The position numbers and the translations under genes were made by a program. 28,212 nucleotides of DNA, from the NCBI GenBank assembly GCA_034408725.1, contig JAWXCN010000125.1, positions 1-28,212 of the forward strand. Direction: 5' to 3'. Positions 17,767 through 25,830 of the stretch are shown one piece after another. Source of the stretch: Candidatus Hydrogenedentota bacterium (GTDB taxonomy: Bacteria > Hydrogenedentota > Hydrogenedentia > Hydrogenedentales > SLHB01). How positions within the stretch are numbered: the stretch's first letter is position 1; the number at the start of each line of letters is the position of its first letter. The notes beneath the pieces were generated by a model that searched no databases, was not told the origin of the DNA, and worked only from the letters and a program-made list of their open reading frames with translations.

Positions 17767-19131
17767 CTATTTGCTCAAATCTGTAATCTTACCTTCGATC
17801 AGTTTCCGTATTTCCGCGAGGCGTTTCGGCGTTTCCGCTTCGCAGCGCATGACGAGCACTGGGGAGGTATTCGATGCGCGGACGAGTCCCCAGCCATCCT
17901 CGAACTCGATGCGGGCGCCGTCGATGGTATTGACGTTGTACCCGGCTTTCTTGAAGTAGTCTTGCGCTTTGCTGACGATTCCGAACTTTTTCGCTTCACT
18001 TGTCTCGATGCGCATTTCCGGCGTGCTGTACATCTTTGGAACGTTTGCAAGGTGATCGGAGAGGGGCTTTTTTCCTGCCGCGACAATTTCGAGCAATCGC
18101 GCGCCCGCATAGATGGCGTCGTCGAATCCATACCAGCGGTGTTTGAAGAACATATGCCCGCTCATTTCGCCGGCGAGTTCGGCATTGTATTTTTTCATCG
18201 CGGCTTTGATGAGCGAGTGGCCCGTCTTCCACATGATTGGTTTGCCGCCGTGCTTGGCAATATCGGCATAGAGCGTGCGCGAGCTTTTCACTTCGCCGAT
18301 GATGGTCGCGCCGGGTTTTGCTTTCAAGACCGCGCGCGCGAAGAGGATCAGCAATTGATCGCCGTAGATGACGTTTCCCTTTTCGTCTACCGCGCCGATG
18401 CGGTCCGTGTCGCCGTCGTAGGCAATGCCGAGGTCGGCTTTGGTCTGCTTTACTTTCGCGATCAGGTCTTTCAGGTTTTCCGCGACAGTCGGATCGGGAT
18501 GATGGTTGGGAAACGTGCCGTCCACGTCGCAAAACAGTGGAATGACTTGACAGCCCAGGGCCTCGTATAGCGGCACGCCGACGGGCCCGCCCGTGCCGTT
18601 GCCGGCGTCGAGTACGACTTTAAGTTTGCGCTTGAGCTTGACGTCTTTGAGCACGCGTTTCATATATTTTGGCACGATGTCCGTGCGGGTGATCGTGACG
18701 GAGCCTTTGGCGGCGGGAAATTTTCCGGCGAGCGCGACCTGGAGGAGCTTCTGAATTTCCTTGCCGTGGATGGTTGAATGCCCGATGGCGACCTTCAGCC
18801 CGTTGTACTCTTTCGGATTGTGGCTCGCGGTCACGATCGCGCCGCCGTCCACGGGCAATGTAAACAATCCAAAATAGAGAAGGCCGGTGGGCACTTCGCC
18901 AATATCGATGACGTTTACGCCGCAGGACGTGATGCCGTCGATCAAGGCATTTGCATATGCCTTCGAGGTGAGTCGTCCGTCGCGTCCAACCACGAGGCAT
19001 TTCTTCTTGAGTTTGCCTTTCATCATCGCGCAAAGTGCCTTGCCAACGGTCTCGTAGGTGGTCTCGTCCAAGTCTTTACCGGCTATTCCGCGGATGTCGT
19101 ATTCGCGGAAAATGTGCGCGGGCAATTTCAT
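17767..19131 (-). CDS. Phosphomannomutase/phosphoglucomutase (AlgC/ManB type)
   Basis: FREYDIRG, TASHNP (phospho-Ser), DGDTDR, GEMSGH and VRASNTSP motifs; AGGAG SD. Confidence 0.96.
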   Translation of the reverse strand: MKLPAHIFREYDIRGIAGKDLDETTYETVGKALCAMMKGKLKKKCLVVGRDGRLTSKAYANALIDGITSCGVNVIDIGEVPTGLLYFGLFTLPVDGGAIVTASHNPKEYNGLKVAIGHSTIHGKEIQKLLQVALAGKFPAAKGSVTITRTDIVPKYMKRVLKDVKLKRKLKVVLDAGNGTGGPVGVPLYEALGCQVIPLFCDVDGTFPNHHPDPTVAENLKDLIAKVKQTKADLGIAYDGDTDRIGAVDEKGNVIYGDQLLILFARAVLKAKPGATIIGEVKSSRTLYADIAKHGGKPIMWKTGHSLIKAAMKKYNAELAGEMSGHMFFKHRWYGFDDAIYAGARLLEIVAAGKKPLSDHLANVPKMYSTPEMRIETSEAKKFGIVSKAQDYFKKAGYNVNTIDGARIEFEDGWGLVRASNTSPVLVMRCEAETPKRLAEIRKLIEGKITDLSK

Positions 19132-19177
19132 GTGCTTCTCCTGAAAAAATTGCGTTCAACCCCAAAACAACTTGCAG

Positions 19178-19207
19178 AGGGTAGCAAGTGAAGGCGGTGG
19201 GCTTCAA
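19178..19207 (-). promoter_or_regulatory. Possible promoter for the phosphomannomutase gene, TTGAAG-18-TACCCT with an extended-10 TG
   Basis: Partial consensus match 46 nt upstream of the start codon. Confidence 0.35.
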
Positions 19208-19297
19208 TTGATTCTGTCACGGTTCTCAAATATCGGGGATTTTCTGGGTGGACCAGGTGACGTATACAACGGGAAGGTCACCGGCTATCCCGGCGTG

Positions 19298-19573
19298 CTA
19301 CTTGATATTCTGGCCCCGCTTGGAAGGCGCGGAAATTGGTTTCTTTAACAAGATCACAGAATGTGATCTTGCTGTCTCGGCTTCCTCCCGAGTGAGTTGA
19401 AACATGAAGTCATCGGGAAAGCGATCTATGTTGCGTTTGACCGCCTGGATGAGCGCGCGGGACTCCACCTGATAAAGCGCGGCAAGATCAGTGCTCAGCA
19501 TGACCTTTTGACCCCTTATAAGAAAAATGCTTGAATCGATTCGTTCACGGGGTGCTGTCAAATGTGTGCTCAT
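19298..19573 (-). pseudogene. Truncated ORF6N-domain (KilA-N-like) DNA-binding protein
   Basis: IFLIRGQKVMLSTDLAALYQV..QAVKRNIDRFPDDFMFQLT..E; stops at RGQNIK, and the expected PYAFTEQG motif does not follow. Confidence 0.75.
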
Positions 19574-19582
19574 GATTACGAC

Positions 19583-19611
19583 ACTTTAGCGGCATGGGTT
19601 TCCGGGGTCAA
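19583..19611 (-). promoter_or_regulatory. Sigma70-type promoter TTGACC-17-TAAAGT, near-leaderless, for the ORF6N gene
   Basis: -35 at 19611-19606, -10 at 19588-19583, ATG 9 nt later, no SD. Confidence 0.6.
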
Positions 19612-19657
19612 GGGGTGGCGAATTTCCCTTCCAACAAAGCTACGTTAAACGTGTTTC

Positions 19658-19695
19658 AAAAAAAACGGCACGTTACCAGCGATGGTAACGTGCCG
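19658..19695 (-). terminator. Intrinsic terminator of the rplM-rpsI operon
   Basis: 13-bp perfect stem CGGCACGTTACCA/TGGTAACGTGCCG, 4-nt loop, followed by T8 on the minus strand. Confidence 0.92.
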
Positions 19696-19713
19696 AAAAA
19701 TAATCTACTTCGT

Positions 19714-20112
19714 TTACCGCTTGGAGAACTGGAAACGCTTGCGTGCGCCGGGCTGACCGTACTTCTTGCGTTCGACCTCGCGGGCGTCGCGCGTGAGCAG
19801 GTTGTAACGCCGAAGCACGGCGATGTACTTCGCGTCGAATTTTGCAAGGGCACGGGCAATGCCGAGACGCAGTGCGCCGGCTTGGCCGGCGACGCCGCCG
19901 CCCGCGCAGTTTGCGCGCACGTCCCATTTGCCGACGTTGTCCGTCGTTTCAAAGGGCTGGTTCGCCATCATGACGAGGACGTCGCGCGCCATGTAATCCG
20001 CGACGGGTCTGCCGTTGACGGTGATAACACCGGTGCCCGGCTTGATGCGGACGCGGGCCGTCGACCTCTTGCGGCGGCCTACGGCGATAATTTCGTTGGT
20101 TGCAGTTGCCAC
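19714..20112 (-). CDS. rpsI: 30S ribosomal protein S9
   Basis: GRRKRSTARV, GGGVAGQAGALRLGIARAL and TRDAREVERKKYGQPGARKRFQFSKR; GTG 20112 with a GAGGA SD. Confidence 0.98.
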   Translation of the reverse strand: MATATNEIIAVGRRKRSTARVRIKPGTGVITVNGRPVADYMARDVLVMMANQPFETTDNVGKWDVRANCAGGGVAGQAGALRLGIARALAKFDAKYIAVLRRYNLLTRDAREVERKKYGQPGARKRFQFSKR

Positions 20113-20146
20113 GGATATAAATTCCTCGTCGTTTGAACGCGGGATT

Positions 20147-20219
20147 GGGACAGCGCCCAATTTCGCGTCAGAATTTACTCTAAACTGTCAGGTCATCCCG
20201 CGAAATTGGGGACAGTCCC
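20147..20219. repeat. Imperfect 21-bp inverted-repeat element in the rplM-rpsI spacer
   Basis: GGGACAGCGCCCAATTTCGCG (20147-20167) and CGCGAAATTGGGGACAGTCCC (20199-20219), 18 of 21 positions complementary. Confidence 0.7.
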
Positions 20220-20648
20220 TTAGAACGTATACACTTCCGGTTTTTGCGCCGCGTGCTCATGGTCCGTGCCCGCGTACACGCGAATGTGCGTGGCGAGTTT
20301 TCGGCCCAAGCGGTTGTGCGGCAGCATGCCTTTGACTGCGAGCAGCATTGCGCGCGTCGGATGCTTTGCCAAGAGGCGGTCATACGTGTATTCCGTCAGC
20401 CCGCCGGGATACCCGGAGTGACGGTAATACATCTTTTGCTCGCCTTTGTTGCCGGTCACCCGCGCCTTTTCGGCGTTTATGATGATGACGTGATCACCGC
20501 AATCCAGGTAGGGCGTGTACTGCGGCTTGTGTTTGCCGCGTAACAGCTTTGCCGCCTCGACGGCAACGCGGCCAAGGATTTTGTCCTGGGCATCAATCAC
20601 GAACCACTTCTTTTTTATTTCCCCTTCTTTGGGGACATAGGTCTTCAC
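20220..20648 (-). CDS. rplM: 50S ribosomal protein L13
   Basis: [39 protein letters not shown] and HAAQKP motifs; GTG start with a GGAGGA SD. Confidence 0.98.
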   Translation of the reverse strand: MKTYVPKEGEIKKKWFVIDAQDKILGRVAVEAAKLLRGKHKPQYTPYLDCGDHVIIINAEKARVTGNKGEQKMYYRHSGYPGGLTEYTYDRLLAKHPTRAMLLAVKGMLPHNRLGRKLATHIRVYAGTDHEHAAQKPEVYTF

Positions 20649-20719
20649 AGTCCAAATCCTCCGGGAATGACCCGTTCGTTAGGCATAATTCAGGCGTCTT
20701 CACGCCAGAAGGAGCCGGA

Positions 20720-20748
20720 AGCTTATCAAACGCCGATCCCCAAGTCAA
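20720..20748 (-). promoter_or_regulatory. rplM-rpsI promoter TTGACT-17-TAAGCT with an extended-10 TG
   Basis: -35 at 20748-20743, -10 at 20725-20720, giving a leader of about 65 nt. Confidence 0.75.
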
Positions 20749-20792
20749 GTCTTCTTGGGGCTTTACATTGGGCATTTAAGCCCAATGCGGGC

Positions 20793-21092
20793 CTATTTGG
20801 TACGGGGGGTGGGCTTACGCTTTTTGGGCACGATGGGGATAAGCGCGCGCAAATGCTTGTTCACCGATTTAGAGTCGGGAAAGTGTTCTCTAACGAAGGG
20901 GTCAAGCATGACTGCGCCGTCTTTTAACGTAAAGAAACGCGTTGAGACAGAGCCGTCCTGCTTTTTGACCGAAAGAGCATGGCCGACTCGGTACTTCCTA
21001 TGGTGCTTTCCGCGAACCCCCCCACTGAAGTCGTAGTTCGAAAGTAGGTCGTCTTTTTTTTGGCCGCGAACTTTAGGGCTGTTTTTCTTCAT
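20793..21092 (-). CDS. Putative antitoxin, partner of the BrnT toxin
   Basis: YDFSGGVRGKH and LDPFVREHFPDSKSVNKHLRALI patterns; start overlaps the toxin 3' end by 20 nt. Confidence 0.75.
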   Translation of the reverse strand: MKKNSPKVRGQKKDDLLSNYDFSGGVRGKHHRKYRVGHALSVKKQDGSVSTRFFTLKDGAVMLDPFVREHFPDSKSVNKHLRALIPIVPKKRKPTPRTK

Positions 21093-21357
21093 AACAGATC
21101 CGCTCATGTTTAGTGGCGACCCGGCTACTGATTATGCGGATTTTGCCGTGCCGCTCTGTGTACGCAACGACAAGCTCTCGCTCTCGCTGCGAAGTAGCAA
21201 TATCAATATAACGATTCTCGTAAATAGAGTGTACACGATCCTCTATGGTTATCGACAGCGGGTCTGCAAAAACCGTTACGGCTTCCTCGAATGTGACAAA
21301 ATGCTTCTTCCTATTCGCATGTGATTTTTCTTCGTCCCATTCGAATCGAAGTGACAC
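21073..21357 (-). CDS. BrnT-family toxin
   Basis: FEWDEEKSHANRKKH..FEEA..VF.DP, ENRY and RIISSR.AT..ER..Y motifs; GTG 21357 with a GGAG SD (alternative TTG 21372). Confidence 0.88.
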   Translation of the reverse strand: MSLRFEWDEEKSHANRKKHFVTFEEAVTVFADPLSITIEDRVHSIYENRYIDIATSQRERELVVAYTERHGKIRIISSRVATKHERICYEEKQP

Positions 21358-21381
21358 TGGCGTGCTCTCCAAGATGCTAAA

Positions 21382-24300
21382 TCATTTTCCGCCCGCGAGC
21401 AGGAAGGCCAACAAATTCAGGAATTCCGCTTCGGGCAGGGTCTGCCCGAAGCCCGAAGGCATCGGCGAGAGCCATTCTTTTCTGATGTCTTCGACCTCGG
21501 CTCTGGCGAAGGTATGTTCGTTTGCCTCATTGTCGAGCAGGACCCATTGAGTCGCCGTTTCGCGTAGCAGCAGGCCACTCATGACGGCGCCGTCCCGGGT
21601 GGTGATTACGGTCGTGCGGAACGACGGATGCACGTCGCGGCTCGGGGTCACCACATCTTGCAGAAGTCGGTCGATGCCGCGCTGGCCGACACCCTCGATA
21701 TTCGGACCGCGCAAGCCGCCGCGACGCGTCATGTCGTGGCAGACGAGACAGTTCTTCTCGAAGGCAATTTTCCCGCGCGCGGTGTCCGGTGTGTGCGCGG
21801 CGAATTTTTCTTTTAATGCGGCGATAACTTTTTCGTCGTCATCCGTCACGGAGGGCGCGCGCGCAACGAGCGCGTCATATCGTTCGTTCAATTTTGGGTC
21901 GTTGTGCGAACGGAACACAAAGATGTCGAACAGCGGCTGGGTAAGGACTGCCGGCGTGAGCTTTCCGGCCTCGACCGCGTCGAACAACAGGTCGACGCCG
22001 GGCCGTTGCGTGAGCATGCGCTGCACCGCGCCGCGTTTAATTTCCGCGGACGCCGGCGTAATCGCGGTGATGAGCGTGTCCACCTGTGCCGGTGTTTTGG
22101 CGCGCGCGCCGAGTTCCTCCGCAAACGCGCGCTGGGCTGCGACGACGCCGCCGGGCGTCGTAATCTGTTCCAACACCGTGGGTGTAAACTTTTCGTGATC
22201 AAGGCGTAACAGACAAATTGCGGCATCACGCCGCGAGCGCGTGTCATAGCCGTCGCCGCGCATGACCTTTTCCGCAACACCACTCAACGATGGGCTGTTT
22301 ACGAACATTGCAATATGAACCGCGAGTTGTTCTGACTCTGAGGTCGCCTGGCTTGCCAGCCGTTGCGCTATTGATTCGAGGTCAGATGAAAGAAAAGTGG
22401 CGATCTCCTTTCGCTCGTTAATGCGATTCATCGCTGCTCGCGCGTACGTTTTTGCATCTTCCGGTGATTGACCGCTGTGGTTTGCGTAAAGCGCTTGCAA
22501 CGTCGCGGGTTGTCCGTACATGAGTACATTCTCCAAAACGGGCAAGACGTGCTCCCGCGGAACCAAAGCTTGATCAAGGAATTTTGCTGACAACTCCGCT
22601 GCTTCGGGCGTCGGCGTTGCGGCTAGCGCGTCCGCGCAACGAATTCGGGCCTGCGCATCCAATTGCGCCATATCGACCGATGCGAGTATCGACGCGTCTG
22701 CGAAATGTTTGCTCAACGACACCGTGACCGCGTGATGGAGCAAGGTGTCCTGCTCGCGCGGCGGCAACGCGGCGCCAAGCAACTCCTTTGCAGAGTTTTC
22801 CGTAGAGCGCATACTGAGGGCCATGATGGCGCGCGAACGTGCATCAGGATTCGCATCCCGGCTTAGCCGCAATAACGCTTTCGAAAGATCACCTACCCCC
22901 GCAATCGATGACGTGTCCGTCGAATTCATGCCGGCAAGAGCCGACCCAATAAGTTGTGCTGATTGCGCACGAACAAGCGAGCTGGCATCTTCCGTCATGC
23001 GTTCCAGCAACTGAATCGGAAGTTCGTGATTCCGTTCCAGCAACCACAGCGCTTCAGCCCGTTGTGTTTCATTCAGCTTGGCATTTCGCGCTATGCGCGC
23101 CAGCCGCCGCTGAGTTTCGCCCGGCATGCGGTAGGCCAGTTGTTGCGCCGCGGCGCGGCGAACCCAAGTTTGGGGATGCGCGAGGGCGGCGATCAATTGT
23201 TTGCGGGAGGCTTTGCTCCAGTCGGTTTGCATCGGTCCCGCGAATTGCCGATCGATCTGTTCCTTGCGCGTCTCGTCGGCGCGCTCTTCCTCCGTGCCGC
23301 GATATACCACGCGCCAAATGCGGCCGCGCTCCTTGTCGCGCGCGGGATGGTCCAGCCGCACTTCGACGTGTGCGATGACCGCGTTGTACCAGTCCGCGAT
23401 ATACAACGCGCCGTCCGGGCCAAGTTCGAGATCGACGGGGCGAAACCACGGATCGCTTGATGCCATGAAGTCCGGTTTGCGGTCCGCGAAGCGGGTGAAT
23501 CCATCGCCTTTCAGGCCGTCGCGGTGAATGAACCCCTGCATCACGTTTCCGAGAAACAATGTGCGCTGGTCTTCGGCCGGGAACGTTTCCGCGTCGAAAT
23601 ACACGAGGCCCGCGAACCCACTTGCGCCGTGGCCATCTTCGGTAATGTGCGGGGCGTAGCCCGCGGCCGCCTTGGGTTGCCTGTACCCCGGATAAGAAAA
23701 CCCCGGCACGATTTGCCAAAGAGGGCGGCTTTCGCAGTCAGAGCCGAACAGGTTGTAGTGTTCGTCAAACGCCTGGCCCCAGGGATTGCTCATGCCCGGC
23801 GCGACAATTTCGATCCTGGAGCCGTCGGGTTTCATGCGATACGTATTCCCGTGATACAGCGGGAGCAACCGGCCGCTTTTGTCTTTAATCGTGGATTTGT
23901 TGGTTTGCCCTTGAAGCGCATAGAGCCAACCATCGACGCCCCAGGTAAACGAGTTCAGAATTTCGTGGGTATCGTCCCGCGCGAAGCCCGTGTAGAGCAC
24001 CTCACGTGAGTCTTCCTTGTCGCCTATGTGGTGGATCAGAAGCACGTCGGGCGCATGGCCAAGAATGATGCGGTCGCCCGGCAGCGCTTCGATACCGGAA
24101 GGAATGTTGAGTCCGTCCACGATGGCCGCGACGGATGTCGCCTTCCCGGAAGCGCCATCGATTTCGATGAGCATGACCTTGTCGGACGGGTTACCGCCGT
24201 CACCGGGGCCGAGCGGGTAGTTTGTCGAGGTTGTGACGAGTAAGCGCCCCTTTTCGTCGAACGCGAGTTGCATCGGCTTGCGGATGTCGGGTTCGGACGC

Positions 24301-24459
24301 GACGAGCTGGATGTCGAATCCCGGTGGGAGCGTGAACGATGCGCGTTCTTCTTCCGGGGATTTCGCGGGTTGCTCGACGACCATCGGGTTCGTTTGGGAA
24401 ATGGCGGGCAATGCGAGTACAAGGAATATGATGTGGGCAGATGTCAGAAACGTTTTCAT
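21382..24459 (-). CDS. PVC-type heme-binding CxxCH protein (secreted dehydrogenase-like beta-propeller + HEAT repeats + cytochrome c)
   Basis: Signal peptide, FTLPPGFDIQLVASEP, WGVDGWLY, NPWG, FRPVDLELGPDGALYIADWYN, RGRIWRV, CLVCH and SPMPSG motifs; GGAGG SD. Confidence 0.92.
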   Translation of the reverse strand: MKTFLTSAHIIFLVLALPAISQTNPMVVEQPAKSPEEERASFTLPPGFDIQLVASEPDIRKPMQLAFDEKGRLLVTTSTNYPLGPGDGGNPSDKVMLIEIDGASGKATSVAAIVDGLNIPSGIEALPGDRIILGHAPDVLLIHHIGDKEDSREVLYTGFARDDTHEILNSFTWGVDGWLYALQGQTNKSTIKDKSGRLLPLYHGNTYRMKPDGSRIEIVAPGMSNPWGQAFDEHYNLFGSDCESRPLWQIVPGFSYPGYRQPKAAAGYAPHITEDGHGASGFAGLVYFDAETFPAEDQRTLFLGNVMQGFIHRDGLKGDGFTRFADRKPDFMASSDPWFRPVDLELGPDGALYIADWYNAVIAHVEVRLDHPARDKERGRIWRVVYRGTEEERADETRKEQIDRQFAGPMQTDWSKASRKQLIAALAHPQTWVRRAAAQQLAYRMPGETQRRLARIARNAKLNETQRAEALWLLERNHELPIQLLERMTEDASSLVRAQSAQLIGSALAGMNSTDTSSIAGVGDLSKALLRLSRDANPDARSRAIMALSMRSTENSAKELLGAALPPREQDTLLHHAVTVSLSKHFADASILASVDMAQLDAQARIRCADALAATPTPEAAELSAKFLDQALVPREHVLPVLENVLMYGQPATLQALYANHSGQSPEDAKTYARAAMNRINERKEIATFLSSDLESIAQRLASQATSESEQLAVHIAMFVNSPSLSGVAEKVMRGDGYDTRSRRDAAICLLRLDHEKFTPTVLEQITTPGGVVAAQRAFAEELGARAKTPAQVDTLITAITPASAEIKRGAVQRMLTQRPGVDLLFDAVEAGKLTPAVLTQPLFDIFVFRSHNDPKLNERYDALVARAPSVTDDDEKVIAALKEKFAAHTPDTARGKIAFEKNCLVCHDMTRRGGLRGPNIEGVGQRGIDRLLQDVVTPSRDVHPSFRTTVITTRDGAVMSGLLLRETATQWVLLDNEANEHTFARAEVEDIRKEWLSPMPSGFGQTLPEAEFLNLLAFLLAGGK

Positions 24460-25535
24460 GCTTTCCTCCAAAGATCGATGGGTTTGTCCGGATCGTTTGC
24501 GAAGGGAAGTGTAATCCTCGAATGTATGCCGGCAGACGCATACGCGGCTTGAATGATTTCGAGCACGGCGCGGCCATCCTCCGCGGTGACGGATGGCTGC
24601 GTTCCGTTGCGAATGCAGTCAACGAAGTGCTGGAGTTCCTGTGGAAATCCGTAGTTCCACAATTCTTCAAAGGAGGTGAAGGTCCATCCCTGCGTGCTGG
24701 CGGCTTTCTCGACGGCATAGCCGTATCCGCGAGCGCTGTAGGTTTCGAGTGCATTGCCGTGGAGCAGATCGGCGTAGGTGACCCCTTCGCTTCCGTAGAT
24801 TTCCGCACGGTCGTCCATGCCACCTTGCCGCGCCCAGCTTTCTTCGATAAGGCCCATTGCATTATTTTCGAATTCGATGATAAGCACGGCGGTGTCTTCG
24901 CCGCGGGTGCGCTCGCCGTGTACGTAGGTCGCGCAATGCGCGTAGACGCTTGTCGCGCGCGGCCGGCCCAGCACCCAGCGGGCAAACTCGATGCCGTGGC
25001 ACCCCATGTCAAACAGCACGCCGCCACCGCTTTTGTTCACGTCCCAAAACCAGTCCGCGTGCGGGCCGAAATGTTTCTCACTCTGTTTCACGAGATAGAC
25101 GCGGCCCAGCGCACCCTCATCCGCGAGTTGTTTCGCGCGCACGTATTTAGGGGCAAAGCACAACTCTTCCGCGTACATGAAGGTTACGCCCGCCTGCGCG
25201 CACGCGGCGATCATGGTGTCCGCTTCGCGGAGATTCATGCACATTGGCTTTTCGCACAAAATGTGTTTACCGGCCGCGGCAGCGTCGATGGTGGCCTGGC
25301 AATGCAGATAGTTTGGGAGGCACAGCACCACGCCGTGTATATCGTCGCGCGTGAGCATTTCGCGATAGTCAGTGTATGCGTGTGGAACGCCGTGTTTATC
25401 CGCGAACGTCCGCGCGCTTCCCGGCGTAGGCGAAGCGACAGCGACCAGGTTCGCGCCGTGAATATGCCTGAAAGATTCAGCATGCACCTGCGCGATGAAC
25501 TTAGAGCCAATAATGCCTATGCCAACATCGTTCAC
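24456..25535 (-). CDS. Cytoplasmic Gfo/Idh/MocA-family oxidoreductase
   Basis: IGIIGSKFIA, PNYLH, AGKHILCEKP and GGGVLFDMGCH motifs; ATGA overlap with the downstream gene. Confidence 0.93.
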   Translation of the reverse strand: MNDVGIGIIGSKFIAQVHAESFRHIHGANLVAVASPTPGSARTFADKHGVPHAYTDYREMLTRDDIHGVVLCLPNYLHCQATIDAAAAGKHILCEKPMCMNLREADTMIAACAQAGVTFMYAEELCFAPKYVRAKQLADEGALGRVYLVKQSEKHFGPHADWFWDVNKSGGGVLFDMGCHGIEFARWVLGRPRATSVYAHCATYVHGERTRGEDTAVLIIEFENNAMGLIEESWARQGGMDDRAEIYGSEGVTYADLLHGNALETYSARGYGYAVEKAASTQGWTFTSFEELWNYGFPQELQHFVDCIRNGTQPSVTAEDGRAVLEIIQAAYASAGIHSRITLPFANDPDKPIDLWRKA

Positions 25536-25799
25536 GGTTTAAGCCTTATTTAACCACGGGCCGGAGAACTCCGAGCCCCGGATTCCGATACCGATGCTTT
25601 TCCGGGCGCCCTCGTGGCATTCGCAGCCAAGCGGTTCGCACTTCGTCTCACGGGCCTGATTTCCCCTATTCGCCACCGGCGACAAGATACCATGCTGGAG
25701 CGTCCGCAAGCACCGGGGAAATCTTACTGTTGTCCCAACCCTGAGTGCCGGCAATTGCGGAATTCCTGTAAGATAGCCGCGTTCGCCGAACATCAGCCC

Positions 25800-25827
25800 A
25801 AAATCCAAAATCGAAAATCCAAGATTC
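25800..25827. repeat. Short tandem heptamer repeat, four units of AAAATCC-like sequence
   Basis: AAAATCC AAAATCG AAAATCC AAGATTC directly upstream of the MFS start. Confidence 0.6.
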
Positions 25828-25830
25828 CCC

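Noticed and set aside
19298-19300. Stop-codon read-through (e.g. pyrrolysine) at the ORF6N TAG
   Set aside because: The downstream in-frame sequence does not resume family similarity
19594-20136. 180-aa plus-strand ORF
   Set aside because: Antisense to rpsI and runs across its terminator
24441-25553. 370-aa plus-strand ORF
   Set aside because: Antisense to the Gfo/Idh/MocA gene, with no recognisable features
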